Virus record (IMG/VR): IMGVR_UViG_3300042371_001161
Span: 55,749 to 119,748 of that record
Reading direction: 5' to 3' (one strand)
Length of the DNA stretch: 64,000 nucleotides
From: a virus
Part shown: positions 48,240 through 58,201 of the stretch, piece after piece
Position numbering within the stretch: the first letter of the stretch is position 1
Layout of the letters: every line of letters starts with the position of its first letter
Program-made: the position numbers and the translations under genes
The notes under the pieces: model-generated
What the model saw: the letters and a program-made list of their open reading frames with translations, nothing else
The model's database searches: none
What the model was told of the DNA's origin: nothing

Positions 48240-48716
48240 TCAGAATGGTTCTTCTGATTCTGGCATCAACATTGCGCCTGCTGGGACTTTTGCCGCGCTT
48301 GGGCGAGCTCGACGTGGCTGAGCAGAACCTCCACGAGGTGCTCCGCCTTCGGAGTTTTCACTGCGCAGGCGACGCTCGATGGTCTCTAGTGACTTGGTGG
48401 AGATTGCAATTTCCTCTGCAACTACCTCAACAACAGAGCGCTTATTGCCCTCTTTGTCATCGTAGGTGCGTTGCTCAAGACGGCCATAGACGATGACTCC
48501 AATACCTTTTTCAAGGGTGCGTGCGGAGTTCTCGGCAAGATAGCGCCATGCAGTGATGTTGAAGAAACTAGTCTTCTCTTGCTTTTCTCCGGCAGCGTCG
48601 TACCAGATATGGGTGTTTGCTACAGAGAAGCTAAGCTTCCCTTGTCCTGTTGTTGTGTAGGTAAGTTCGGGGTCTGCTGTCAGATTCCCGATGATTGTGA
48701 TTGGGGCTAAATTCAT
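48240..48716 (-). CDS. ssb: Single-stranded DNA-binding protein
   Basis: Start reassigned to MNLAPITIIGNLTADPEL; FFNITAW, GRLEQRTY, acidic EEPF tail. Confidence 0.93.
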   Translation of the reverse strand: MNLAPITIIGNLTADPELTYTTTGQGKLSFSVANTHIWYDAAGEKQEKTSFFNITAWRYLAENSARTLEKGIGVIVYGRLEQRTYDDKEGNKRSVVEVVAEEIAISTKSLETIERRLRSENSEGGAPRGGSAQPRRARPSAAKVPAGAMLMPESEEPF

Positions 48717-48789
48717 TGGTTTGTCTCTTTTCTCTAAGTGTTGCCCTAAGGCGTACTCACTATACAGGCTCGATGGTAGTCTGTCAACC

Positions 48790-49029
48790 ATGACACACTC
48801 AAGCGGAGCAGAACTTAGACTTTCTCTAAGTGATTTAATTGCAAACACAATTTATCATTTCATAGATAAAGAAGACATCGGTCCAGGTGACGAGCGAGAA
48901 AATCTCCTTAACGCGGAAGACGCTGCCGAAAATATATTTGAAATTCTTGGTCTGCAAGTCAATGACGGGCCGAACGCCGAAGGCGAAATTGAGACTTTAA
49001 TTACTAGAGATGTGCCGGATGAGCTATAA
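48790..49029 (+). CDS. Small hypothetical protein
   Basis: ATG 7 nt after a TAGTCT -10-like hexamer; divergent from ssb. Confidence 0.5.
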   Translation: MTHSSGAELRLSLSDLIANTIYHFIDKEDIGPGDERENLLNAEDAAENIFEILGLQVNDGPNAEGEIETLITRDVPDEL

Positions 49030-49465
49030 GTTCGACATCCCAGCACGGAATTTTGACTTTGCATCTGACTTGAAATTTGGACAACAAAGCGAAAATGATA
49101 TATCCGATTTTCTCAATGTCCTGTCAGACGGTTCTTTTGAAGTCAAGACGGATAGGTACAGAAACGGCAGAATGTTTGTAGAAACAGACCAAAACCCGAA
49201 AGGGTTGCGCGACCAAAATGATGAATCAATTTGGAAAAAAAGCGGCATCAATGTCACTGAAGCGAAGTGGTGGGTTTATGTATTTTCACCAAAACAAGGA
49301 TTTGTAATTGTGGATGTCAATAGACTAAAAAGATACTTACGTTTAAATAAGGATAAATTTAACGAATCCACAAAGACTTCCGTCGGTGGCAGCAACCCAA
49401 CCATGGGTTTCCTGTTGATGGCTGAAGATGTAAAAGATTTACTCACAAAAGAAATCTACGACTAA
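49019..49465 (+). CDS. PD-(D/E)XK-like nuclease-fold phage protein
   Basis: DLKFGQQSE...FEVKTD...GRMFVET...GINVTEAKWWVY. Confidence 0.5.
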   Translation: MSYKFDIPARNFDFASDLKFGQQSENDISDFLNVLSDGSFEVKTDRYRNGRMFVETDQNPKGLRDQNDESIWKKSGINVTEAKWWVYVFSPKQGFVIVDVNRLKRYLRLNKDKFNESTKTSVGGSNPTMGFLLMAEDVKDLLTKEIYD

Positions 49466-49515
49466 ATTTAATAAACGCTGCACTTTTCATTAACTACTAG
49501 GATACTATCTGCATC

Positions 49516-49854
49516 ATGACAACAGAGCTGACATCTGATACATACGACGAATTTATTAACAGCGCCGAACTGCCGGTTATTGTTGATTTTTGGGCACCAT
49601 GGTGCAAACCCTGCCTCCAGATAGCTCCAATTATTGACGAACTCGCAACAGAGATGCAAAGCGAGATTACATTTGCAAAACTCAACATTGAAGATTTCCC
49701 AGAGTTTGGCAAACGGTACGAAATCTTATCGATACCTGCTCTCCTCGTCATTAAAAACGGCTTGCCCAATGGACGAGTAGTAATGAACGGTGGCTTCAAT
49801 AAGGAACGCATGATAGAGGCTATGCGAAAAGCCATAAACGAAACAACAACCTGA
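49516..49854 (+). CDS. trxA: Thioredoxin
   Basis: VDFWAPWCKPC, KLNIED, SIPALL. Confidence 0.92.
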   Translation: MTTELTSDTYDEFINSAELPVIVDFWAPWCKPCLQIAPIIDELATEMQSEITFAKLNIEDFPEFGKRYEILSIPALLVIKNGLPNGRVVMNGGFNKERMIEAMRKAINETTT

Positions 49855-49862
49855 AGGTGAAT

Positions 49863-50021
49863 ATGTCAAACGATAAAGATTTTGAACGAGTGGTTCTTCA
49901 TATTTCACGCGAGTTGCATAACAGACTTTTGGTCGCTTCAGATAAAAAGAAGTTGTCAATCGGCTCCATGCTTAGAGAAGCAGTTCGCACATATTTAGAT
50001 GAAAGCGAAAGTAAAAAGTAA
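49863..50021 (+). CDS. Ribbon-helix-helix (CopG-like) protein, 52 aa
   Basis: Translated by hand: ERVVLHISRELHNRL...SIGSMLREAVRTYL. Confidence 0.55.
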   Translation: MSNDKDFERVVLHISRELHNRLLVASDKKKLSIGSMLREAVRTYLDESESKK

Positions 50022-50052
50022 TGCCCACGACAACAAAGAAAAAGGAATCAAA

Positions 50053-50475
50053 ATGAAACGACTCATTCCAATCATTATCGGCACACTCGTACTCGTAGGT
50101 TGCGGAAGCAAGACCGTGTATGTCACTAGTACCGAAGCACCCGACACAACAGTCAAGGTGACCAAGACAACTGACGCACCGATTGCGACCCCAGCACCCA
50201 CTCAGCCACCTGTAGCGTGGAGCGACGAAGAGGAGTTCATCTACGACATCTACAACGAAAACACTGGTCCCATCTACCTTGAAGACCAAGACCTGATTGA
50301 CACAGGATATGCGGTTTGTGATGGTTTACGCAGTGGCATGACTGGCTATGATGCACTTGACGCAATTGTCTCATCATCTGAAGGTGATGCCGCAGTAGAA
50401 GAACTGCTTATCAATGTTACAGCAGCCGCGGTTGTGAACTTCTGTCCCGAACAGGCCTACAAGTTTGACAACTAA
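50053..50475 (+). CDS. Lipoprotein, DUF732-like
   Basis: RBS AAGGA; lipobox LVGC; Thr/Pro linker; LIDTGYAVCDGL...AAVVNFCP. Confidence 0.75.
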   Translation: MKRLIPIIIGTLVLVGCGSKTVYVTSTEAPDTTVKVTKTTDAPIATPAPTQPPVAWSDEEEFIYDIYNENTGPIYLEDQDLIDTGYAVCDGLRSGMTGYDALDAIVSSSEGDAAVEELLINVTAAAVVNFCPEQAYKFDN

Positions 50476-50622
50476 ATGAGGAACTTTTTTACCAAATTGC
50501 TTCATAAATTTGACGCAATCTTGGTCTGGTCATTGGTTGTATGTTCTTGGGCAATGTGTATAATCCTTTTTCTGTTACTGATGTTTTTTGTGTGAAAACT
50601 CCTATCTAAAGAAAGCAACGAT

Positions 50623-51045
50623 ATGAAAAGCCTACTACCACTAACATTTCTTTTCCTCGTCGGTTGTTCGGCAGGAATCTCCGATGGAGAGACGACTACT
50701 CTTGCTCCCTTACCAACGACTGGAGTCCCAGTCTTCGACACAATCCCGTCCACGGATAGTCCATTCACTCAAGAGCAAACATCATTCTTGGATGACGTGT
50801 ATTTCTTTTACGGCTCAACGCCAACAATGCCTGACGAAGAAATCGTACAGACAGGCGAGTTGTGGTGTCAGTTGATGAACGAGGGCATGACTGCTGACGA
50901 TGTGATTGGCCGCATTAACGAAGGCTCGGCGGATAATGATGAGGCAAAACTTCATTACTCTATAGTTATGTCTGGTGGAGAGAACTTGTGCAAAGACCAG
51001 TTCGCTAAGGCTGAGTCAATCGCTCTACGTCCGCTCACTCCGTAG
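50623..51045 (+). CDS. Lipoprotein, DUF732-like paralog
   Basis: Lipobox LVGC; Thr/Pro linker; IVQTGELWCQLM...GGENLCK. Confidence 0.7.
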   Translation: MKSLLPLTFLFLVGCSAGISDGETTTLAPLPTTGVPVFDTIPSTDSPFTQEQTSFLDDVYFFYGSTPTMPDEEIVQTGELWCQLMNEGMTADDVIGRINEGSADNDEAKLHYSIVMSGGENLCKDQFAKAESIALRPLTP

Positions 51046-51179
51046 AACTGCTAGCGAAAGTAGAAAATCGTGACCGAGGCGTGCCCGCTTTATATCAAAT
51101 TCATTTGTAAATTGAAAACCATAATTGATTTAAAATTTTATAATATTCCTTACAAATTAAAACCCAAAGGATAAAATAC

Positions 51180-51482
51180 ATGGCGAACAACAAGGGGACA
51201 CTAGGAGCCATACATGTTGAGGGCAAGGACCTTGATGTTGTGTATGTTATTTGGCATACATCTGACCCCTCTAAAAGATGGTTTGTGACGGTAGAGGAAA
51301 CCAAAGAGAGAGCAATATTGCAATCACTAGTGGACCGACGGCCCCATCCCGGAAATCAAGGGTACACTCAGGACGCATGGACATACGAAATAGTTAGCGA
51401 AAAAACATGGCTACGAATGAATGCCGGCGGGCTTCCAATCCCTCCGAAAAGAATGTTAGTAAACACAAACTCAAATCAATAG
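51180..51482 (+). CDS. Hypothetical protein
   Basis: 100-aa ORF with RBS AAGGA. Confidence 0.55.
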   Translation: MANNKGTLGAIHVEGKDLDVVYVIWHTSDPSKRWFVTVEETKERAILQSLVDRRPHPGNQGYTQDAWTYEIVSEKTWLRMNAGGLPIPPKRMLVNTNSNQ

Positions 51483-51495
51483 AAGTTCCGAACTA

Positions 51496-51572
51496 GGGCC
51501 TGTAGCTCAGATGGTTAGAGCAGGGGACTCATAATCCCTTGGCCGCGGGTTCAAGTCCTGCCGGGCCCACCA
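51496..51572 (+). tRNA. tRNA with CAT anticodon, probably tRNA-Ile2 (lysidine type) rather than Met
   Basis: GGGCCTG TAGCTCAG ATGGTTAGAGC A GGGGA CT CAT AA TCCCT...GCGGG TTCAAGT CCTGC CGGGCCC A CCA; body resembles bacterial ileX-type tRNAs. Confidence 0.88.
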
Positions 51573-51601
51573 AATAAAAGAAACATAGGAAGAGGATAGT
51601 C

Positions 51602-51784
51602 GTGACAGACAAGAAGAATAAACCATCACCAAAACAAAAAGCACTTCCGCGCACGACCGTAAGGCCGATAAAAAGCGAATCGACCGCAGCCTCGACGACT
51701 ACTGCCGTCGCTCGTGTGAAAATTCTGCCGATTGATAAGGCGGCCATTGCATTATCCAAAATCAAGAAAAGGAAAACACAATGA
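51602..51784 (+). CDS. Small basic protein
   Basis: RBS GAGGA, GTG start; stop overlaps the next gene. Confidence 0.45.
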   Translation: MTDKKNKPSPKQKALPRTTVRPIKSESTAASTTTAVARVKILPIDKAAIALSKIKKRKTQ

Positions 51785-52050
51785 CAACAAGAGAGAAAAT
51801 TTCTAAACTTTTTGAAGAGATGGATGAATCAGTTCTTCTGATGGACGGATTTGAAGAAGCTTTTATTGGATACAGCCAGAGAATGAACGAACCAGTCCTG
51901 GCGGTTTACTCTTATGAAAAAATGCTTGGCGTACTTGTCCGTCGAGACGACATGGACTACGACGAAGCTGCCGAATACATCAGTTATAACTGCCTCGGCG
52001 CATGGGTAGGGGAAAGGACCCCAATCATCGTAAACGACTCCCCGTTTTAG
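51781..52050 (+). CDS. Conserved phage hypothetical protein
   Basis: LMDGFEEAFIG...AVYSYEKM...DEAAEYISYNCLGAWVGERTPI. Confidence 0.7.
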   Translation: MTTREKISKLFEEMDESVLLMDGFEEAFIGYSQRMNEPVLAVYSYEKMLGVLVRRDDMDYDEAAEYISYNCLGAWVGERTPIIVNDSPF

Positions 52051-52240
52051 GGGCAGCACCGCCGGCTTGGACCCTTACGTATACTGTGGCGACCCTCTAT
52101 CTCAGATACGGGAACAGCGCCCCTGTTGGGGTTCTTTTCATCTGAGGGTTTTTCTTCTGATTTCTTTTTACGAAGCATGAATCAATTTTCTCACAATTTC
52201 AACGACCTTAGATTAGCTACGGCCAATAAATCTGAAATTG

Positions 52241-52438
52241 TTAAAAAAGTGAATGATTTTCGGGAATTTTAACCTCACTGCAAAACACATGTTTGTACTC
52301 GTACATTTCCTCAATTACGCGATTTACTGTCTTGCCGTTTCCTTTTAGCCAAACAGAAGCTTTACGCTCTACTGTATTGTCGCCAGGACGAAGTGACAGC
52401 CCGCAACCCTTGCAAGTAAACATCGATGGGAGATTCAA
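52241..52438 (-). CDS. Small Zn-finger-like protein
   Basis: CKGCG...HVFC. Confidence 0.4.
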   Translation of the reverse strand: MNLPSMFTCKGCGLSLRPGDNTVERKASVWLKGNGKTVNRVIEEMYEYKHVFCSEVKIPENHSLF

Positions 52439-52710
52439 TCTTTTTCCTCAAATCTTTTTGACTTCTTCAAAATTACATAAACCACACCCAGTAGGGCGAG
52501 TACAGGAATCGTCGTCCAGTTCATTATTCCCAGCCCTTTGCAAAATTTTTCATATTTACCCTTCTTTAAGTGTCTAGTAATAATACCCAGACTATTCAGA
52601 AATATGCAATCCCATGTATTAGTATTTTCTTAAATCGGTGAGGCTCGCTCAATCTCTCCTTTCGACATATCCCTGTGCGAGTCTCGCCGATTTACAGTAC
52701 CCTGTATCCA

Positions 52711-54627
52711 ATGAAGTTGTATTTAGACAAAAACGAGATAGTGCTCGATTTCCCTTACGACGCCCAACAGGTATCAGAGCTTAAACAGATTCGTGGGGCG
52801 CGATGGGACAAGCAGTCCAAGCTTTGGCGGGTTCCAATAACCTCCCTTGCTGAAGCACGTGATTTTGCCATAAATCATGACTTCGAAGTGACAATCGATG
52901 TTCTTACATTCAGTGCACCGAAGCCACGCACAGGAAGCGCCAGGGTCTCCCTAGAGAATGACGCGATTGCTATTCGCGTACCATATGAGCGCGTCATCAT
53001 TAAGGCCGTCAAGCAGATTCCTGCAGTTTCATGGAATGCAGATAAGCATTATTGGGAGGCTCCAAATTCATCAGTAATCAACGTCATGGAATGGGCCGAA
53101 AAGTTTGACGTCGTCGTCCAGCCAGATGTGTCGGCGATGTCGAGTGAGGTTACCGCTCGTATGAATCAGTTCATCGAGGCTTCACGCTCTACTGATGCAA
53201 AAGTAGAAATTCCAAATCTTCAGGGGGATTTACTTCCGTATCAGCATGCCGGCGTTGCGTATGCAGCAAATGCACGTCGAACATTTATCGCCGATGATAT
53301 GGGACTGGGAAAAACTTTACAATCGATTGCAACATTAGAATACGTATGGGATTCGTATCCTGCAGTTGTTGTATGTCCACCAAGCCTTGTTTTAAATTGG
53401 GTTGCTGAATGGAATCGATGGCTACCTAATCGAAAGATTGCGCCGGTAATAAATCGCAAAGATTTCCCCGAAAAAGGTTCTTATGACGTTGTCGTTATTG
53501 GTTACAGCAACATTGCTCACTGGGAAAAGCGCCTAACCGGCCATCGCTCTTATATTTTTGACGAGAGCCACTATGCAAAAACGCCAACAGCCCAGAGAAC
53601 AAAGGCTGCTGTAAAAATAGCAAAGTCCGCACACAAAGATGGGATTGTTCTTTGTCTCACCGGGACACCAGTAACAAATCGACCTAACGAATATGCGTCA
53701 CAGCTAGACATTCTCGGTCGCCTTAAAGACTTTGGGGGACTGTGGGGCTTCTATCGCCGTTACTGCGGAGCATTCCAAGACAATTTTGGACAATGGAACA
53801 TCAGTGGGAACTCCCATCTCGATGAGCTTAATGAAAGACTCCGAGGCACCTGTTACATACGCCGCACGAAAGACCAAGTTCTTTCAGATTTACCACCGGT
53901 AGTGCACAGTAAGGTTCTCGTCGAAGGTAACCCTGCAGCGATGAAAGAATACATCAAGGCAGAAAAAGACATTTTGTTGTACATCGCAGAACGGGCTCGA
54001 CAACTTGCCCTAGAGCAAGGGAAGCCGTCTTATGGCGCAGCTATCGCCGCAATGATTAGAGCTGAAGCCAATGAACACCTAGTGCGGTTGTCTGTTCTTC
54101 GTAGACTAGCCGCTAAAGCAAAAATGGAAGTTGCGGCGGAATGGATTAATGGACGCATTGAGAATGGCAAGAAAGTCGTAGTTGCTGCTCACCACCGTGA
54201 GGTCGTTGATGAGCTCGCTCGCAAGTTCGGAAATATTCGAATCCAGGGTGGTATGTCAGTAGAAGAAGTAGAGGAAAATAAACGTCGTTTTCAGACGGAG
54301 AGTATTGACAGTGCGCCTGTAATAGTTCTTTCTATACAGGCAGCAAAAACCGGACACACATTAACGGCAGCTGAAGAATGCCTTTTTGTCGAACTGCCAT
54401 GGACGCCAGCAGACCTTGACCAGACATACAGTCGCTTGCATCGTATTGGTCAGAAAGGAAGCGTCACTTCAACATATATGCTTGCGGCAGGAACGATAGA
54501 TGAAGACATTTATGATTTAATAGAAAAGAAACGGGCTGTCGTTGACGCCGCCATAGAAGGTGGCGAAGTATCCGATGAAAACAGCACCGTGCAGATGATT
54601 ATGAGATTATTTGAAAAGTTAAACTAA
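52711..54627 (+). CDS. SNF2-family helicase/annealase with two HARP-like N-terminal repeats
   Basis: ADDMGLGKT, IFDESHY, LTGTPVTN, ELPWTP...Q..SRLHRIGQ; duplicated FPYD..V..LKQI.GA.W..K.W units. Confidence 0.9.
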   Translation: MKLYLDKNEIVLDFPYDAQQVSELKQIRGARWDKQSKLWRVPITSLAEARDFAINHDFEVTIDVLTFSAPKPRTGSARVSLENDAIAIRVPYERVIIKAVKQIPAVSWNADKHYWEAPNSSVINVMEWAEKFDVVVQPDVSAMSSEVTARMNQFIEASRSTDAKVEIPNLQGDLLPYQHAGVAYAANARRTFIADDMGLGKTLQSIATLEYVWDSYPAVVVCPPSLVLNWVAEWNRWLPNRKIAPVINRKDFPEKGSYDVVVIGYSNIAHWEKRLTGHRSYIFDESHYAKTPTAQRTKAAVKIAKSAHKDGIVLCLTGTPVTNRPNEYASQLDILGRLKDFGGLWGFYRRYCGAFQDNFGQWNISGNSHLDELNERLRGTCYIRRTKDQVLSDLPPVVHSKVLVEGNPAAMKEYIKAEKDILLYIAERARQLALEQGKPSYGAAIAAMIRAEANEHLVRLSVLRRLAAKAKMEVAAEWINGRIENGKKVVVAAHHREVVDELARKFGNIRIQGGMSVEEVEENKRRFQTESIDSAPVIVLSIQAAKTGHTLTAAEECLFVELPWTPADLDQTYSRLHRIGQKGSVTSTYMLAAGTIDEDIYDLIEKKRAVVDAAIEGGEVSDENSTVQMIMRLFEKLN

Positions 54628-54712
54628 GTTAACTGTGGGGGCGCCTTCTTTTCAAAGAGATGCCGTGGATGTATAATGGTACTTGTCGAATAATCAACCA
54701 GGAGACCCCCGC

Positions 54713-55531
54713 ATGTCCAAGTATCCTTTCATTAAACTCGTAGTACCAACACCACTTAAGCAGTTCAAGAATGGCCAGTTGCCAGCAAATGTTTTGGCAA
54801 AAGTCAAAACTGGCGGACAAATGTACGCCCCGGTTGCGGAACAATTTAACAAGATGTACGACGCTGCCCTCGCTGCTGGTTTCAAGCTTAAGAATGTTGG
54901 CGACTATCGTTCATTCGAAGGTCAGCTGAGCATGTTTATGGACCGCTACGTGACCACCGATACTGGCACTGGCGTCACCCGTCAGTACGAAGGCAAGACT
55001 TGGTACCTCAAGAAGGGCAAGGCCCCTTCGGCAGCACCGGACCCTACTGGTCTTAAGGGCTCGAATCATGGTTGGGGCCTCGCGATTGACCTTGGGTATG
55101 ATGTCAATGGCAAACTCACCTCAATGGGTGGCGCCTGTGGCGACTGGATGTGCGCAAATGCACCAAAGTGGGGCTTCTACCTCCAAGGCGACAATCCTGC
55201 CTCTAAAGAATTTGAACTATGGCACTGGCAATACGCCCTCGGTGACGCTTCTCCCGATGGTTCCGCCGCTGCCGCACCTGCTCCTGCCGCCGCTGCTGCT
55301 GCACCTGCCGGTGGCGGTGGGGGTTTGACGTTTGGCTACCCGGGCGCCCCTGTCAAAAAGGGCTCCAAGGGAGACGCAGTAAAACTTGTTCAAGCAATGG
55401 TTAAGGCCAACCCCGTTGATGGCGACTTTGGTGCCGGTACCGAGGCTCAGGTCAAGGTCTGGCAAAAGGCTAATGGTCTCACCGCAGACGGCGTCATTGG
55501 ACCCGTCACTTGGAAGAAAATGTTCGGCTGA
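54713..55531 (+). CDS. Endolysin: M15-family peptidase + peptidoglycan-binding domain
   Basis: RBS AGGAG; DYRSFEGQ, SNHGWGLAIDL, ELWHWQY; KGSKGDAVKLVQ...DGDFG..TE..VK.WQK..GL.ADGVIGP.TW. Confidence 0.88.
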   Translation: MSKYPFIKLVVPTPLKQFKNGQLPANVLAKVKTGGQMYAPVAEQFNKMYDAALAAGFKLKNVGDYRSFEGQLSMFMDRYVTTDTGTGVTRQYEGKTWYLKKGKAPSAAPDPTGLKGSNHGWGLAIDLGYDVNGKLTSMGGACGDWMCANAPKWGFYLQGDNPASKEFELWHWQYALGDASPDGSAAAAPAPAAAAAAPAGGGGGLTFGYPGAPVKKGSKGDAVKLVQAMVKANPVDGDFGAGTEAQVKVWQKANGLTADGVIGPVTWKKMFG

Positions 55532-55552
55532 CGGCCCGAAAGAAGAGGTGCC

Positions 55553-55744
55553 ATGAAAATTCATAGATTAGCAATTGGCTTATCTTTAATTCTTGCCCCA
55601 TTCCTGGCTTCTTGCGGGGATGGTTCATATAGATATGCATGTCAAGACCCTGCAAACTGGGAGAACATGGAATGCAACCCACCTATTTGCGAAGTAAATG
55701 GACATTGTTGGTACACGCTTGTCGGAAAAGGAAGTCAACCATGA
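55553..55744 (+). CDS. Small Cys-rich lipoprotein
   Basis: Lipobox LASC; directly after the endolysin. Confidence 0.6.
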   Translation: MKIHRLAIGLSLILAPFLASCGDGSYRYACQDPANWENMECNPPICEVNGHCWYTLVGKGSQP

Positions 55745-56010
55745 GAAAGAAACGCTATTCGTCAGATGAGCTGGATGCTCGCCTGAAATTTGTTATTGGC
55801 TGCGTCCTTGGCGGAGTTCTTCTTATTACGACAGGTGCAATCCTGTATGCGCTCGTGTTCGTCACCCAGCCCATCGGTGTTCAAGCCGAGAACGACAAGA
55901 TGTTTTTCAGCGTTCTTTCAAGCGTTGCAACTTTCATTACGGGAACTCTCGCCGGCTTGATGATTTCCAACTCACGCAAAGGTACAGACGACACAGATTC
56001 GGAAGTCTGA
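55741..56010 (+). CDS. Two-TM membrane protein, holin candidate
   Basis: Two hydrophobic helices and a basic N-terminus; in the lysis cluster. Confidence 0.5.
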   Translation: MRKKRYSSDELDARLKFVIGCVLGGVLLITTGAILYALVFVTQPIGVQAENDKMFFSVLSSVATFITGTLAGLMISNSRKGTDDTDSEV

Positions 56011-56327
56011 TGACCCAGGCTTCCTTATTCCCCGAAGGGCCGAAAACCGCTCAATGTTCAGCATGTCTTTCTTTGCTGCCATGCACGCAACAACGGTCAT
56101 ACCCTGACCTGGGTTGGGTGCTGCCGTTTGATACGTTCGGCTACTACGGGGGATTCGACGACAACACTGACGTACTCTCTGGGTATATGCGTTCCAGGGA
56201 ATGGATTCTCTGCCACGATTGTGTTGTGAAGTTTCTCGAGACATTTCCTTTACTTGCCCAGACCATTGGGCAGAATTGTCATCAAAGCAACTCGAGCTCC
56301 TCGACGCCATGCTGCAATCACGCCTAA
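56010..56327 (+). CDS. Cys-rich hypothetical protein
   Basis: CSAC, CHDC; start overlaps the upstream stop. Confidence 0.5.
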   Translation: MTQASLFPEGPKTAQCSACLSLLPCTQQRSYPDLGWVLPFDTFGYYGGFDDNTDVLSGYMRSREWILCHDCVVKFLETFPLLAQTIGQNCHQSNSSSSTPCCNHA

Positions 56328-56363
56328 GAAGAATTAAGTCTCGGATTTAAGAAGAAGTTCGCG

Positions 56364-56392
56364 TTGACATCGTGATTTCGTCTAGGTAAAAT
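56364..56392 (+). promoter_or_regulatory. Sigma70/SigA-type promoter
   Basis: TTGACA-17 nt-TAAAAT; ATG lies 6 nt after the -10 box (leaderless geometry). Confidence 0.75.
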
Positions 56393-56398
56393 GCCCAC

Positions 56399-56632
56399 AT
56401 GATGGACGAAGAATATACCGACAATCAAATCATTAACGACATGGAATATTTGAGAAGACTAGGCCTAATAGAGGTCGTGGGTATGAATGCCGACGGCGAA
56501 TGGCTTTGGGGCGCTACGTCAAAAGGCCATGAAGTATCAAGTCGGATGTCGAACTCTTCACTCAAAGAAGAGACCCTCCGTATACTCAACGAGGAATCCG
56601 CAAATATTTTTGGAGATGACGAAATTGGATGA
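56399..56632 (+). CDS. Small winged-helix-like protein
   Basis: YLRRLGLIEV...WLWGATSKG; consensus promoter upstream. Confidence 0.55.
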   Translation: MMDEEYTDNQIINDMEYLRRLGLIEVVGMNADGEWLWGATSKGHEVSSRMSNSSLKEETLRILNEESANIFGDDEIG

Positions 56633-56801
56633 AGGTCGTATTTACGCCTACTCCTATAACGCCGATAATCCATCTATTTGCACGCTATTGTGCTCCACTC
56701 ATGAAATTGACGTCTGGGAAGAAATAGGCACCGTCGATAGGCAATATGCGCAACTTATTGTCGTGGCACTAAATCACCCACATGAGAAAATGTACAATTA
56801 G
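56616..56801 (+). CDS. Small hypothetical protein
   Basis: Overlaps the upstream stop; start uncertain. Confidence 0.4.
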   Translation: MTKLDEGRIYAYSYNADNPSICTLLCSTHEIDVWEEIGTVDRQYAQLIVVALNHPHEKMYN

Positions 56802-57310
56802 CACCTGGTTGCCCAAGGCCTCCAGCCACACTTGTTGCGTTCTTGGCTGTAATTCCACATGGCCAATCCTGCACGTAGATTGACTTCAGGGATAAACAAG
56901 TCCTCGCAAGTATTGAGGATTCCCTTTGCCTGAAGCCAGCCAGTTGGGTTGTACTTGTTCTTTTTGCACCAGTAGCCGTTGATTTGAATGAGCCCACGAC
57001 TTCCGCCATTTGGGTCAGTCCTATTGAATGACATTGTATTACAACGTGATTCACGGTACATCACGAAACTCAACTTCTTCCAATGCGCCTCAGTCCAGCC
57101 AACCGAAATAGCCAAGTCGTGGTATTCACCGCACCGCCCGTACATAAAACGAGCTAGTTCGGTCCAATTGACTCCAGATAAATCAATAGGGGCTGTTGTA
57201 CTGACCGTTTGTGCTGCTTTCGCCTTGTCCTCGCCGGCACCGCAGGTAGCCACGGTCACAACTAGGGATACGAGAACAATGCCAATTAACCATCTTTTTA
57301 ATAGCTTCAT
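56798..57310 (-). CDS. Secreted lytic transglycosylase (SLT-like)
   Basis: RBS GAGAGGA; signal peptide; YRESRCN, SRGLIQIN, PEVNLRAG, W.PW. Confidence 0.8.
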   Translation of the reverse strand: MKLLKRWLIGIVLVSLVVTVATCGAGEDKAKAAQTVSTTAPIDLSGVNWTELARFMYGRCGEYHDLAISVGWTEAHWKKLSFVMYRESRCNTMSFNRTDPNGGSRGLIQINGYWCKKNKYNPTGWLQAKGILNTCEDLFIPEVNLRAGLAMWNYSQERNKCGWRPWATRC

Positions 57311-57321
57311 TTTGTTTCCTC

Positions 57322-57861
57322 TCACTTACACGGACGTGACCATGGCTTGAAGCCACAGTAGCCGTGGTCCTCATGCCATCTGTACATTTCCCATGCCCAA
57401 GCAAAGTTGTAACGAGGGTCATTGACTACACGCCAGTCACCATACTTTGCTTCAATGTCATCAAGCCAAACTTGGTTGATTTGAAGTGGTCCTCGGTCAT
57501 GACCATTCCATTGAGGGTGACCCTCAATCACATTCTGACAACGAGACTCGGACCAGACTTCACGTAGAAGTTCGGGGAGTAGGTGCCAAGGCCATCCAGC
57601 ATCGAGTGCCGTTTGAGCCCATTCTTGACACGGAACCTCGGGAGGAAGCGTCGGCAGAGAGAAGCCTTCAGGAAGCGTCACCACAGTTGTTGTAACAACT
57701 GGAACAACAGTTATCGGCGGTGTCGTTGTTGTAACGGCAGGGGCGACAATTGTCGTTGTAAGGCTCACGCTTTCTTCCTCTCTTCCTTGAGCATTCACTC
57801 CAACTGCAACAGCTAGAAGTATGGCGGGTATGGAAAATAGAAGTTTCAGCGGATATTTCAT
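57322..57861 (-). CDS. Secreted lytic transglycosylase paralog
   Basis: RBS AGGAG; signal peptide and Thr-rich linker; WSESRCQ, DRGPLQIN, DPRYNF, F.PW. Confidence 0.78.
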   Translation of the reverse strand: MKYPLKLLFSIPAILLAVAVGVNAQGREEESVSLTTTIVAPAVTTTTPPITVVPVVTTTVVTLPEGFSLPTLPPEVPCQEWAQTALDAGWPWHLLPELLREVWSESRCQNVIEGHPQWNGHDRGPLQINQVWLDDIEAKYGDWRVVNDPRYNFAWAWEMYRWHEDHGYCGFKPWSRPCK

Positions 57862-58201
57862 TTATCTCCTGTGTTTGGGGAATACGGACGGCCCTGTTAA
57901 TAGTGGGCTCTTATTTGGTGGTAGTTAATTATACCATTTACACATCCTAGTGCACGGACCGGCCGAAGGCAACCCGCCCCCGGGGATAACTCCATTAAAC
58001 ACAAAAGCGACAGCAAATCGCGTTTTTTTTTTAGGGACCTACATATTCTGGATAAATTTATCCGACAGTGCTCAATGCCTCTCAAATTTATAGGGGTCCC
58101 CCTAAATATGAGTCAGAAAAATAAGCGCCGGCCTTTTATTCCTCCACGGAAGGGAGTCGGAATAGCCAGACGGATACCCAATTGGGATGTGAATTGTTCC
58201 C

